A stretch of 64,000 nucleotides of DNA from the NCBI GenBank assembly GCA_951406725.2, contig OX597834.1, forward strand, positions 1,488,001 to 1,552,000, given 5' to 3'. Below, in pieces: positions 14,738 through 33,746 of the stretch (the stretch's first letter is position 1; the number at the start of each line of letters is the position of its first letter). A program made the translations under genes and the position numbers. The DNA is from Octopus vulgaris. Taxonomy: Eukaryota. The notes below the pieces were generated by a model, which saw only the letters and a program-made list of their open reading frames with translations, ran no database searches and was not told the DNA's origin.

Positions 14738-16650
14738 TGGACCAGAGCAGACACCCCTAATACTTTCGATACACCCATGGGTTCCAGTGATTCGGCTGAG
14801 GTGACTAATTTAGTAGGCGCATATCTATTAAAATGCATAAAAAAGGAGATCCCTGAATTACAAGGTGGTCTATATAGGGATGATGCTTTGTTTGTTATCC
14901 CTAGTAATAATAAATCGAGCATTGAAAGGATTAGAAAGAAAATTAATAGGTTCTTTAAAGATTTCAACCTTAGCATAACCTATGAACCAGGCACTAAAAT
15001 AGTCAATTTCCTAGATATTACATTAGACCTTAACTCTACGCTACATTACCCATTTTGGAAAGAAGGCGAAATCACTAGTTACGTAAATAAATTATCCAAT
15101 CATCCCCCAAATATAATTAATACTTTGATTAGAAATATTTCCTTAAGAATCTCTAAATTATCATCCAATTTTGATATATTTAACTCCCATTCGGAGCATT
15201 ATAATGCGGCGTTATCTAAGGCAGAATACAACCAAAAAATTACCTTTATTGATAAAGAGAACTTACATATTCCTAATAAAAGATGTAACAATAGCCACGT
15301 AAACAACAATAGGGATCACGCTAGAAATAAAAGTAGAAGTAGATTTACGGTGACAACAAATCTAAATGAAAATAAGAATAAAGATAAGAACATAGGTAAC
15401 TCGGATAGGATAAATTTAGATAAAACAAAGAAGCATGCAAATAGTAACATTGTTAAATACAACGACTCTGGTGAGAGTAGGAATGATTCAACTAACCCCA
15501 ATTCTAATTCAAGGAAATTTAATAAGAAGGATATAATGTGGCTAAATGTTCCTTTCAACCGTGCGATTCTATCGGATATTCAGAGTAGATTCAAAATAAT
15601 TCTGGAAAAGAACTTCCCAACCTCTCATAGATATCATAAAATTATTTCTAAAAAAACGGTCAGAATTTCTTATTCAACCCTCACAAATATGTCCACTTTA
15701 ATAGCTAAGATTAATGATAATAACATTAAACTAGCCAGGAAAAATTTAAATAATACCAATAGGAATACCAATGGCAATTGTAGTAACATTACCGAAAGTA
15801 ATAATAGCCACAATAATAATAACTATCATAACATAGGTATAACCAATAGCTATGGAATAGCTAGTAATAATAATAATACAAATAGGAACAATTATGTTAA
15901 TAATAGGAGTAATACCAATAGGAAAAATACCGGGAATGAAGACAACAATGATATCTATAGTAACAGTATACATTTGGAAACTAATACTGGCAATAATAGT
16001 AGCAATACCAATAATGTTAGTAATTATGGTAGGACTATAAAATTAAATGATAGTGTAGAAAGACCGATAAATGATAATACTGCTTTAGATAACAACATTA
16101 ACTATAATAACGATAACACTATTTTAGATAGCAGCATTAACTATAATAGCGAAAAATATACTAATAATGATTTGAATAGCAGGAATATGAGACATCTATC
16201 CTTGAGTAATCCCACATCGGAAAATGATCCCCCTAGGTGTACCTGTAGAATTAGATCAAAATGCCCGGCACCTGGGCTATACGGGTTAAATAACGTAATC
16301 TATAAATGTACCATAACTACAGAGAATAACAAATTTATTTATTTAGGGTGTACTATAAATTTTAAGAAACGTCTTAGCAACCATCTCTCTTCTTTCAAAT
16401 TACGTCATAAAGCTGATAGCACCACACTTTCAAGTAAGATCTGGGAACTCAAAAACAATAATATTAAATATAACCTTAATTGGGAATTAGTTAGAAGAGC
16501 GATGCCTTATAAAAGTAACAGAGTTGGTTGCCAACTTTGCTCCATGGAAACATTTGAAATAGAAGAAATGGTGACTTATTGAATAACCGTATAGAATTGG
16601 GATTCTCTTGTATTCACGCAAGAATTAAGACTCTAAAATATTTTAAATGA
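14738..16650 (+). CDS. Partial PLE polyprotein: RT C-half, Asn-rich linkers, Cys motif, GIY-YIG endonuclease
   Basis: PMGSSDSAEVTNLVG, GLYRDD, NFLDITLDL, SNHPP, CTCRIRSKCP, VIYKC...IYLGC...FKKRLSNH, CQLC. After a frameshift near 16570 the C-terminus continues LLNNRIELGFSCIH...FK* to 16650. The track start at 14498 is read-through from flanking DNA. Confidence 0.85.
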
Positions 16651-17734
16651 TAATCGTATATAAAAACCATTTTGTGATCTGTCTATCTTGCTTATACTAA
16701 TAAAGCAATACTCTTATATATTATATATTTTAAATAGATAGCTGCGAGCTCATAAGCTATGGTTATTTTCTCTCTAACTGTACCAGATTTGGAACATAAA
16801 GAAATAAATTAGTTGCAAAAAAACTGTCATTCTAATAGACTATATAGATAATTTAAATTAATTTAATCTAATTTTTAATCTAATTTAGGTAACCCAACTT
16901 AAAGCAAATAAGTTAATAAGACTTCGTAATTCTTTTATATACTACAAGTAAATTAAAGCTAATCCCATAGAAATAATATAACGATTTTTCATTATGAAAA
17001 ACAATACTCTCAATTCTTTCTTTTGACCCCTAAATGTAGTCCCAAAGTCTGCCAATGTATAAGTAGTAACATTAATAAATAAAGAAATAAATTAAATGAC
17101 CTCCTTTCTAGTGTTGCACTGAAATCTGTTAATGCTTTTTCCTATAGTGACAACCTTTGACCCGCCCATTACCTTCCCATGTCCTCTTTATATAGCAATT
17201 AACAACGGTATTTGGTCAAGAATAGCATTCCTTTTTAAAACTCTTAGATTCTTGCAAATTCTTAACCAGTCAGTCTGTCTCCACTGAAATAAACTATTCT
17301 GCGTAGTTGGATATTTACAACCCCTTCTCTCAGTTACCCCATTATACCCTATGTGAGTGATTGTCTCTACGCTCCACTAAATTTCCTTCAACTAATTCTA
17401 ACATAGCAGTTTTGAGAAATGATCAGAAATGCAACCAGTATATCACCATACATCAGGAAACCCACTTTATTATGGACTAATTATGTGAGTATGAAATCTC
17501 TCCTCATATCTCCAGAATTCAAACCTGCTTCATTATGGATGGGTTTACATTTTCATTTTCTGTGAAACTAAGAGGTTTTTTTTTAATTCTTTTTTAAAAC
17601 CTGTTATATGACTGTGCAACATTAAAGAACTTTGGAAGTCCGTTTATTATCTAAATCTGATTTTTATAGAACTATCCCTGATGTTTCAGGAGTGTAGCCT
17701 CACCCCCTTAGATGTTTTGAGAACTCAGATGTTT

Positions 17735-17824
17735 TTTCGGCTGATTAGTACGGGTCACTTGTATTTGCTGCAATATTTGCAGCCTTAATAAAGATGGTCT
17801 TCGTACGAAACAATTGTACCGAAA
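17735..17824 (+). ncRNA. Type I hammerhead ribozyme fold (core variant CUGAUUA)
   Basis: Stem I TTTCGG/CCGAAA; core CTGATTA; stem II GTACG/CGTAC; GAAA; palindromic stem III ACAATTGT; GTA cleavage triplet. Confidence 0.75.
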
Positions 17825-18001
17825 TATTGATCCATTTTTGTTGCTTTCTTCTTGTTTATAATCACCCCGCATTATCTTATGGTTAATACCATATAGATTT
17901 CTGGTGCATCTAAGTTAAGTACCGCATTCATGTGAATTCAACAGAACTCACTTGAATCTTAATTGCTTTTACATATATACATATATATGTGTGTATGTAT
18001 G

Positions 18002-18047
<46 letters not shown>

Positions 18048-18165
18048 CACACACATACATATATATATATACATATATATACATACATACATATATATAT
18101 ACATATATATATACATACATACATATACATACATACATACATACATACATACATACATACATACA

Positions 18166-18197
<32 letters not shown>

Positions 18198-18207
18198 CAT
18201 ATATATA

Positions 18208-19765
18208 TGCCCCAGAAGATGTATAAGAGGTAGACCACCCACAATTACATCTATGGCTATAGAGAAATGGAGCGGATAGACCAGAGCCATGCGGATCCCC
18301 GAAAACGAACATCAAATAAAGAAAATGATTGCACGTGCACTAGGAGCTAGTGTAAGAGTTACCCTAAAAGGCCACACGTTTATGTTTAACAAGAAAATAT
18401 ACATCCAGGATGAGGGGGCAGCCATCGGGGTTTGTATCGCCAGTGACGTGGCCAACCTTTTCATGGTATGGTGGCACAGAAGGCTTAAAGAATGCCTGAC
18501 GCAGAACTCCCGCTATGTCGATGATATCAACATAGTGGTAAAGGTACCCCCACAGGAGAGTACTCTTGAAATAGAAATTGAGATTAATACGATGGAGAGC
18601 ATCCAGCAAATAGCTAACTCCATTCACCAGAGTATTAAGGTCACTATAGACTACCCTACGAAACAGCCTAACCATAGACTACCAGTACTAGATACAACAC
18701 TCTGGCTGGAAACTGAATAATAAAGCCCAAATCCTTCATTCACACTATGCCAAACCTATGGCCTCCAAACATCTGATCCACCGGAACTCGGCTATCTCGG
18801 ACAATGCCAAATTCAATATAATGTGAAATACGTCCCGCATGGGCAACCCTACAAGAGACACATACAACACTTCGTTCATCGCATGCAGTCCTGAGGACAC
18901 AGCCATAGAGAAATGATCAGTGTATACAAAGGAACCATGAGGAAATTTGAAACTATCATACGTAACGATAGGAATGGGATTTGCTCGCTCTATAGGAGCA
19001 AGTCACGGAACACCATTGAAAGGAAATAGGGAAGGCCAACTCATGGTATGATAGCCACAAATACCAGAGTGTTATGTTCGTCGACACCATACCTAGAGGT
19101 GAACTGGCGTACCGCTTTACAAGGACCCTAGGCAAACTTAAGCTAACAATTAGGGTTGTAGAAAGGTCAGGTAACCCTATCAAATCCCTAATCGGTAGAA
19201 CCTGCCCTTTTAGTAGAACCCCCTGTACTGATAGGAACTGTATTGTATGTAGATTTAGCCCACAAACAAACTATAAAGCTAGGGATGTAGTCTATAGTAT
19301 AAGATGTAGAGAGGAACGGTGCAGTAACAATACAACGACGTACGTAGGGGAGACGGCACAGAGCATAGGAGAGCGGGTAAATGAATATTGGAGGGAACTT
19401 AAGGAAGAGAAGAGTTCATCGGTTCTGTACCAGCACGCCAAGCAGGAACACGGGTGCTCACTCAACAGCATAGAAGTTAAAATCTTGTCCACACATAGAA
19501 CAGACGCAACGCTTAGACAAATTACGGAAGCTACACACATAATAGAAGATAAACGTAGCCTGAATAGGAAACTAGAATGAAACACTAGCACACACACCCA
19601 ACATATGACAGAATAAGATCGCCATAAACTGATAATAATATGACTATAATACAAATAAACAGACAAATAAATGAAATTAAATAACTATATACATAAACAA
19701 AATAAATTAGATTAAATACAAAAAAAAGAAAGGAAAGAAAAAGTAAGTAGATCTCTCTCAACATT
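18208..19765 (+). mobile_element. Second, distinct Penelope-like element (decayed, 5'-truncated)
   Basis: RT motifs GAAIGVCIASDVANLFM, RYVDD, LPVLD, HYAKPMAS; Cys motif CTDRNCIVC; GIY-YIG VVYSIRC...YVGETAQSIGER ending at 19580. Several stops and frameshifts. Begins at a TA/CATA tract. Confidence 0.88.
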
Positions 19766-20039
19766 TTTTTATTTTTTATATATATTTTTCAATTTTTCCC
19801 TTTTTGTGTGAATGTGTACGTGTGTGAGTATATTTATATATATATGTATATATTCTATACGTATATGTGTATGCGTGTGTATATATGCGTATGGATATAT
19901 GTATGTATATGAGTATAAGACTGTGTCCGGTGCATACGTGTGACTTTCACATTCACGTCCCCTTAATTTATACGGATACATATATGTTTGTATATGTACG
20001 GGTGTAGGTGTGTGATAAGAGGATGTATATAAGTATATA

Positions 20040-20095
<56 letters not shown>

Positions 20096-20315
20096 CATAT
20101 ACATATATGTGTGTGTGTGTGTATGTATACACGTATATGCGGGAGCGTTAATGTATGCCTATATATATATATAGTCATACATATATATATATATATATTA
20201 CATATATATATATATATATATATATATACGTATATTTATATGTACAGATGTCTAAATGTAGCTGTATATGTGTGCACGCAGACACCTATGTATATATGAG
20301 GATGAAGTTGCGTGA

Positions 20316-20344
<29 letters not shown>

Positions 20345-20346
<2 letters not shown>

Positions 20347-20778
20347 AATCTTCATAATCAAATAGGTATGTAGGGTATCATTGGACTCTATGTTGACTAA
20401 TGATAGAGTAGGGACAGATTTTTGAAGTCCAATGATACCCTACATACCTATTTGATTATGAAGATTTACAAACATACTTTCTCAGTGAAACTCAATATAC
20501 CCACCATTATAGATAATACCAAATGTACTATTTCGGTTTTTTCATAACGTGACGGAAGTCTTTGGTACAACAATTGCATGCGGCTGAAGAGAGCTTTAAA
20601 CTATCTGTTATGCCGATTATACATTGATGTAAGAATAGGTTGTTGTATAAAGCTTGAAACACTTGTACCGCGACATCCTTTGTGTTCTGTTCTTTATTTC
20701 ATTTTATGCATATACCCTCTCACCTCTGCTACTAGTTGGTGTATACAGGTGCTTACACTTATCAAGTATTCACCCTGG

Positions 20779-20782
<4 letters not shown>
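20345..20782 (+). mobile_element. Short Penelope-type pLTR fragment with a 43-bp perfect inverted repeat and a hammerhead fold, in (TA)n
   Basis: 20345-20387 is the exact reverse complement of 20426-20468. Hammerhead at 20579-20672. (TA)n on both sides. Confidence 0.75.
20579..20672 (+). ncRNA. Type I hammerhead ribozyme fold with canonical core
   Basis: Stem I TGCGG/CCGCG; CTGAAGA; stem II GAGCTTTA/TAAAGCTT; GAAA; stem III AC-ACTT-GT; GTA triplet. Confidence 0.82.
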
Positions 20783-20809
<27 letters not shown>

Positions 20810-21169
20810 CGTGTGTGCATATGTGGATATGTGTGTATGTGTGAGTACGTACATGCACATATATATTTGTGTGTGTATGTGCATCTACATATACATGTTT
20901 GTGTGAGTGTGTACGTATGTAGACGTTATGAACGCAGGAAGTTTTATATCTATGTATTGTGAGAATATGGTTGCGTGTATTTTTTTTCTTTTTTCTACCT
21001 ATTAGAGTAACTTGCCTTTTATTCAACGGTTTTTCATAGCGTCTATTGCTATTAATAGCCGACGACAATGCATCGTAGCTTTTCGCTCCGACATTCGAAA
21101 CTCCGATTACTATAATGACAACTTACTGTTTGTCCTAAATTATACATACATACATATATTTACTTTATA

Positions 21170-21213
21170 ACAGTTACTTCGAGGTTTCGACCTTTTCGCC
21201 TTCTGCAAACTGT
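21170..21213 (-). ncRNA. Degenerate minimal hammerhead-like motif
   Basis: Minus strand ACAGT-TTGCAGAA-GGC(GAAAAG)GTC-GAAAC-CTCGAA-GTA-ACTGT. Stems are intact but the core is mutated. Confidence 0.45.
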
Positions 21214-22059
21214 GTATTCTACTATGTTTTATGTTGGTTTACTTTGATTGACTGATTTATAGACAGACAGACAGACAGACACTAAAGCGGTTACATAATT
21301 CCATGCATAAAATATAAAACAAACATTGAAAGTAGAACATCGTAAGATAGAGTTTGTTTGCTTTTACTCAAACTATTTCGAGTGGTTCACTTTATGAACG
21401 GAGACAGGTAATCAGTCTCTGTTCATCCATCAATCCATTCACATATATATATACAATAATACTATTGTATGAATGGATGGATTGATGGGTGAAGGACGGG
21501 AGTAGAAGAGGCATGAAGTGATGTTTATATGTGTGTTTATATGTATGTATGCTTGTGAAAATGACTGTATGCAGTACAGCTACAACGGAATAATCTAGAA
21601 GACGGCGGAGCGATGCGTTTTGGTTGTGTGTGGTTGGAAAGGACACACATAACATGATGCTTTCCATTTTGCATTTAACTGTTTCTGACGATCCTGGGGG
21701 GTGGGGTAGCCTATCTCCTGCCCGGCAGAGGCAAAAACTGGCGGAAACCTGACAGTCAAACGACTTGAAGTGCGTATGGGACCAAAATATTATGGCGGGG
21801 TGGGGCAGCGTATTGTGTGGTGGGGAGTCGAGATAAATCGGTTTTCGGACGACTTGTAGTGAAGAGATGTTGAAAGTTTTGAAATATATTAGAAGTTCCA
21901 ATGACTTCAATTAATGAGGATTTAATTAGTGCACTTAAAATAATTAATGAGCTGCTGATCAATAAAAAGAAATTAAAGAGGAAAAATCAAATGGATCTGG
22001 TTTTGGAAACGCTGCTCGATTAGATAAAAGTTTGCTAGACGAAATTTTGTGTGTGCGTA

Positions 22060-22095
<36 letters not shown>

Positions 22096-22349
22096 CCGCT
22101 GTGTGTGAGTGCGTGTTTGTGCGCGCGCGATTTCCTATGTGTGCGATGCGTGTGTGCGTGTGTGCAAGGTGAATGTGCTCTCAGGAGACCGCGAGCCGGT
22201 CAATTTCCTTTTGTAACAAAATCACTCTGAATTGACTTTTGCTGGTGACGCTGCAAGATTAAGTGACAAACCTTGATACTTGAAAGACCACTACATTTGA
22301 AAAGAGGCATTTAAATTCAGTGAATTACAGTGGTCAAGGGATTTGCACA

Positions 22350-22418
<69 letters not shown>

Positions 22419-23236
22419 GCTATCTGAATAGCTCGAATTTTTGTTATTGAGCGTGAAAGGGTAAACAACAGAAATATTTGTAACCAAACATACCAATTAA
22501 TAGCAGTTCATAAAACTTGCATTTCTTGAAGTTATCTAACTCAAAGATCGAATTAAGAAGTTACTTTTTACTGCCTTTATTGAAACATATTCTGTTCTAT
22601 TTTAATGAGGCTTGGAGAATTAGAGAGACATTTTCAGAAATAACAAACACTGGACGCAGCAGTCTTTTACGATTCACACCTGCAGTTTATTTTCTACAAA
22701 TAACAAAGGAAAATGAGTAGCTAATTACTCGAATGAAGACATTCTCAGCTGAGAGTTTTTACAATGAAACAGATTCATTTTGATTGGTTGGCGGTGAAGT
22801 GTGAAGACCAAATATAACAGTGGACATACTTTTAAATTAAAGAAATACAGCCACAGAACATTACCATGTTGGCAAGTATTTGGGGACGATATTTTCAAAG
22901 TTAATGAAGGTCTGACGGGAATGTGTTTCTCGGTCATGTTATGGAATAGGAACACGGATTGTGGGTAGAATAAAGAAGAGAACGAAATCAAGATTGGAGA
23001 AGTTTGGGATTGAAATACAAGAAGATCTACTACAGGAAACGAAGAAAATTGTTACAAAGTGTAAGGATCCAAAGAAATAAGGGTCACAATTTGAAATAAA
23101 GAAAGAATTCTAAAGGACCTTTGACCAATGACCACGAGCTGTTCTTTGAAATGCAAACCAAAACAAGATCTGTCTGTAATATGGATAACAACGAAAACAA
23201 GTACAATGATGATGATGATGATGATAATGATGATTT

Positions 23237-23372
23237 CAACTTTTGGTACAAAGCTAGTTATTTTGTGTGGAGGAGATGAGCCGATTGCATCGACCACAGT
23301 GTTCAATTGATACTTATTTTATCGACCCCGAATAGATGAAAGGCATTTTGGCCGCGTGCTAACGATTCTGCT
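23237..23372 (-). mobile_element. Decayed copy of the tRNA-derived SINE family seen at 36004-36202
   Basis: Shares GATT.CATCGACC.CAGTG and ATCGACCCCGAA..GATGAAA.GCA blocks. Confidence 0.6.
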
Positions 23373-23373
23373 A

Positions 23374-23441
<68 letters not shown>

Positions 23442-23442
23442 C

Positions 23443-24045
23443 ATCCGAAATTGGCACAATGCGAACTCAAAAAACGCCACAAGGTGGTAACAATGATGCA
23501 TTGGGATCTCAGTGAAAATCACGGCCTGCAAAGAGCAAAGACGTAGTAAGAGCAAAGTCCAGAAGGGGTCACCGTAATTGAGAATTGCAAAATCCTGTGG
23601 GATGCAAGGATCCAATGCGATCACCCGGCTAGACATCGGAAACCGGATATTGCTGTGGTGAATAAAAAAGAAAGAACTCGTATAAAAATCGACATAGCAT
23701 TCCCCGGTGACAACAGGATTAATGTGAAAGAAGAAAAAATATATGACGATTTGAAGTGGGAAATCGAAGGTTGTGGACAATGAAGAGAGTAGACGTGATA
23801 CGAATTGTAATTGGTGCAGTTGGAAGTATCAGCACTCAACTACCAACATGGTACAAAAAGAACTGTGAAAGTGTGAAGGTAGAACGCCTACAAAAATCGG
23901 CATTGCTTGGAAGTGCAAGAATTATTCGCAGGGTTCTTGAAGTATGACCAGTAAACAAGTGTCACCTTAGTCGTCCCGGCTGTGGACAGCTGACACTTTC
24001 CCTCATACCTTCATACCCAGCAAAATAAGATGTGAGTTCTCATTT
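23443..24045 (+). mobile_element. R4/Dong-type 3' fragment (RLE domain + 3'UTR) ending in (AAT)n
   Basis: RHRKPDIAVV...IDIAFPGD, LWTMKRVDVIRIVIGAVG, LQKSALLGSARIIRRVL*; runs into (AAT)n at ~24046. Confidence 0.85.
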
Positions 24046-28512
<4,467 letters not shown>

Positions 28513-28526
28513 AAATAATAATAATA

Positions 28527-29306
<780 letters not shown>

Positions 29307-29330
29307 AATAATAATAATAATAATAATAAC

Positions 29331-29387
<57 letters not shown>

Positions 29388-29582
29388 TTCCGGTTTTAAA
29401 AAGAAAAAAAGAAAAAAATTTTTTTTTAGACATTCATTAGTACAACACCAAAAACTCCCCCCACCCAAATATATGGCACACTAGGCATAACAACAACATG
29501 AACTTCCAACCTGTTGTCTCTTGAGGTCTCTGGGTGAGACTTGGAGCCAACTTGTACAAATATAAAGCAAAAGTCAAACATA

Positions 29583-29584
<2 letters not shown>
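29388..29584 (+). mobile_element. R4/Dong-type 3'UTR-only fragment, same family as 30472-31020
   Basis: Ends GAGGTCTCTGGGTGAGACTTGGAGCC...GCAAAAGTCAAACATAG-(AAT)n; reverse complement of 30472-30630. Confidence 0.8.
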
Positions 29585-29650
<66 letters not shown>

Positions 29651-29803
29651 GTAATAATAGTAGTAATAATAATAATAATAATAATAATAATAGTAATAAT
29701 AGTAGTAATAATAATAATAATAGTAATAATAGTAGTAGTAGTAATAATAGTAGTAATAATAATAATAATAGTAATAGTAGTAGTAGTAGTAATAATAATA
29801 ATA

Positions 29804-29866
<63 letters not shown>

Positions 29867-29905
29867 GTAGTAGTAGAAGTAGTAGTAGTAATAATAATAA
29901 TAATA

Positions 29906-29952
<47 letters not shown>

Positions 29953-29964
29953 AATAATAATAAT

Positions 29965-30246
29965 AGCCCGGCTATGAAAAATGAAGAAGGTGAAGACAGT
30001 ACCAATTATTGTTGGTTCCTTGGGAACAGTAGCAGAAGGCATCAAGAGGAATATAAAGGAAACTGGAATAAAGTGCCGAGTAGAACTGTTACAAAATGTT
30101 TGCCTCCTTGGCACGGCCAAGATAATCAGGGAAATATTTAAAATAGCTGAAAAGAACAGATAGCATGGTACCGTAGGCTGCAGGTAGCAAGCCCGCTACA
30201 CATGCAAGACTCGAGGACTTCCAACAAAACCTGTGATAAAAAGAAA
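29965..30246 (+). mobile_element. R4/Dong-type 3' fragment
   Basis: MKKVKTVPIIVGSLG...LQNVCLLGTAKIIRE; between (AAT)n tracts. Confidence 0.82.
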
Positions 30247-30263
30247 TAATAATAATAATAATA

Positions 30264-30364
<101 letters not shown>

Positions 30365-30471
30365 CATTAATTATTATTATTATTATTATTTTTATTTTTA
30401 TTATTATTATTATTTTATTTTTATTTTTATTTTTATTATTTTTATTATTATTATTTATTATTATTATTATT

Positions 30472-31182
<711 letters not shown>

Positions 31183-31261
31183 CATTATTATTGATGTTGT
31201 TGTTATTGTTGTTGTTATTGTTGTTGGTGTTGTTGGTGTTATTATTATTATTATTATTATT

Positions 31262-31472
31262 CACTAGTTTTATTTTTATAGCGTGCTTTCACTTCACTAC
31301 TGAGCGCAGCTCTGTGCGCCTTGGGTATGTGCTGTGATTTGTTGTGATGCTCTGATGGTTACTGTATTGAAAGTGTTTTTCGTAGGATGTGTGCAGTGCC
31401 CAGTAGTGCACTTTTCTGTATGTTATATCTGTTTGTAAGCCCTGGTGTTTTTGTTGTGTATTATGTAATTCT
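31262..31472 (-). mobile_element. R4/Dong-type 3' end, same family as 24267-28023, minus strand
   Basis: Reverse complement matches 27825-28023 (CACAGAGCTGCGCTC.G.AGTGAAGTGAAAGCACG.TATAAAAATAAAACTA.TGA). Confidence 0.88.
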
Positions 31473-31498
31473 TATTATTATTATCATTATCATTATTA

Positions 31499-31553
<55 letters not shown>

Positions 31554-31573
31554 TGTTATTATTGTTATTGTTG

Positions 31574-31670
<97 letters not shown>

Positions 31671-31677
31671 CATTATT

Positions 31678-31736
<59 letters not shown>

Positions 31737-31737
<1 letters not shown>

Positions 31738-32440
31738 AAGCTGACCTAGATATAAGAAGAACCCATCAGTGGCTGCAAAGTGTTGCTTTGAAAGCCGAAA
31801 CCGAAGGATTCTTCCTAGCAGGACAAAACCAGACTCTCCTCACCCGGAACTATCAAGCGAATGTGACACAAAGTGTAGACTCTGCAATGACAAACTTGAG
31901 AGTGTTGGCCACGTTGTTGTCGGTTGCTCAGTCCCTGCCCCGACAGAATATAAAACTAGGAATGGTCAAATCGGTCAATACTTGCACTGGAACGTATGTT
32001 GTCACTATGGTATTCCACACCCTAAGAACCGAAATGAACACCATCCAGAGCCAGTCACGGAGGAAAAGAATGTTACCATCCTATGAGATTGTGGAATACA
32101 TACAGATAGGCAAATAAATGATAACAGACCAGACATCATCATCAAAGATTTAAAACAAAAACCATGCCTACTAATTAATATGAGAGTGCCTACTGATAGA
32201 AACATCTCAGCAAAAGAATTTGAAAATTGTCAAAATATAAGGACCTTGAGATTGAGAGATCTAGAATGTGGCAATTAAAAACCAAAACCATCCTTGCGGT
32301 TGTAGGTGCCCTGGGAATGACAAAGAAAGGTACTGACAATTTTTTTTACCAGATTCCTGGGTAACCAACAATCTATGCGACACAAAATATTGTGCTGACA
32401 TCAACCGCCCACATTCTCAGGAAGTTTCTTTCCATCTAAT
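31737..32440 (+). mobile_element. R4/Dong-type 3' coding fragment (CCHC + RLE), decayed
   Basis: LKAETEGFFLAGQ.Q.L.TRNY, KCRLC...ESVGHVVVGC, NRPDIIIKD, KYKDL. Confidence 0.85.
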
Positions 32441-32684
32441 ATATACGTGGTCTTGGGTCAGAGGATAAAATAAAATGCAATTCGATTGGAAGATGATAAT
32501 ATTAATAATGATTTATTATTATCTCGAGAACCATTTCGTACATACAACAGAATGTGTTAAGAAAGGATATTTTGCTTCGACATATGATAGTGTGCAAGTA
32601 TGTGTATGTATATATGTATATATGTGTGCGTGTATTGTAGATTTGTATGTATGTGTGTGTATGTGTATGGATACATTATGTGAG

Positions 32685-33746
32685 TTATGCCTGTTTACAG
32701 TTCCATAATGTGGCTCTCATCAAAAACAGTAAAATGGCGACAAAGCAAAACGCAATAAAGACCAGAGCTTCTTGTCTGGCTGCAATTAATGGAAGACAAG
32801 AATTAATAAAGTTAAGAATTTTCTCAGCTCTATTTTCTGATTCTGTTTGGTTTTTCTCAAAAGAAATGGATTTCTCTGAAGACGATGGGTGTTTGCGGCT
32901 TTCTTGTATCTTCGTCGAGTTTTCATCTTCCATGTTTGGTGACTGACAAAAGACGGAATTCCTTGCTTTAGTTTGTGACATCAAGCCATGTTTGCGACAT
33001 CTTAAGGAAGATTTTTCCTGATGCCAATCGTCGTCATGTTTCTTTCTACTTCCGGTTTCGACCTCCCCTTCTTTTCCACCGGCTTTTATTTGCTTTTCAA
33101 CCGTTTTTGATTTGCAAGATGAAAGGCCCACTTTATGAGCGCCAGCTTCGTGAAAATGACAATGCGGATTAGAGAGTTTATGACAAGAACAATGAGAGTG
33201 ATTATGGTAAAGATGGTGATAATAAAAGTCGTATAGGCCGTGACCAAATACTTGACATTGTGGGTAATTAAAACCCCTTTCGTTAAACGCCTCTCGTTTA
33301 TTGAACGGATCAACAACTTCGGTAAAATATCTCCGTTCATTATTTCTGCCTTTTAAATTCGCAACGTTATATTTCTTCAAACGTTCGATGGTTCTTGGTA
33401 TTTCAACCCTTATCCTCGGTGCCGAGTTCAAGCCTCGATCAAATACATGTTGGTATTCTCCTGGAGGTTCAGAATTCATTTGGATACGAATCGAGTCTTT
33501 CACATCCATGCACATACCCATTATCTTATCATCAACATCCGCGACATCTCTCGACAGAAACATTAAGTTCTTTTCACGATTCGATAATTTCATTTTGGGC
33601 GACATTTGGAATTCGTTGGCATCAATGGCATGGCAAAGATCGATTAAGATTGAAGGATCTTCGGAATTCTTCCCACAGTCCTTCTCCTTGCCTAAACAAC
33701 TATAAACGGTATAACCGTTGTTCTTACTTAAATCATAAATTTCCAT
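32685..33746 (-). CDS. Uncharacterised protein (~353 aa from first ATG) with His/Cys-rich patch and C-terminal hydrophobic segment; candidate host gene or exon
   Basis: More than 1 kb of open frame in unique, non-repetitive, AT-rich DNA. No transposon motifs recognised. Ends EALVFIAFCFVAILLFLMRATLW. Downstream AATAAA on the minus strand at ~32512-32517. Confidence 0.55.
   Translation of the reverse strand: MEIYDLSKNNGYTVYSCLGKEKDCGKNSEDPSILIDLCHAIDANEFQMSPKMKLSNREKNLMFLSRDVADVDDKIMGMCMDVKDSIRIQMNSEPPGEYQHVFDRGLNSAPRIRVEIPRTIERLKKYNVANLKGRNNERRYFTEVVDPFNKREAFNERGFNYPQCQVFGHGLYDFYYHHLYHNHSHCSCHKLSNPHCHFHEAGAHKVGLSSCKSKTVEKQIKAGGKEGEVETGSRKKHDDDWHQEKSSLRCRKHGLMSQTKARNSVFCQSPNMEDENSTKIQESRKHPSSSEKSISFEKNQTESENRAEKILNFINSCLPLIAARQEALVFIAFCFVAILLFLMRATLWNCKQA

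Larger units (their letters stand above)
14679..17970 (+). mobile_element. Penelope-like element, Naiad-like, 5'-truncated, with an inverted partial pLTR
   Basis: 14688-14737 is the reverse complement of 17801-17850. Contains an RT/GIY-YIG ORF and a hammerhead fold near the 3' end. Flanked by (TA)n. Confidence 0.88.

Noticed and set aside
21380-22345. Unique GC-richer stretch with 172-aa ORF and possible enhancer motifs
   Set aside because: No recognisable protein motif; short TF-like sites are expected by chance and need conservation data
22900-23206. Possible further decayed RLE-element 3' end before (GAT)n
   Set aside because: No clear protein motif could be read
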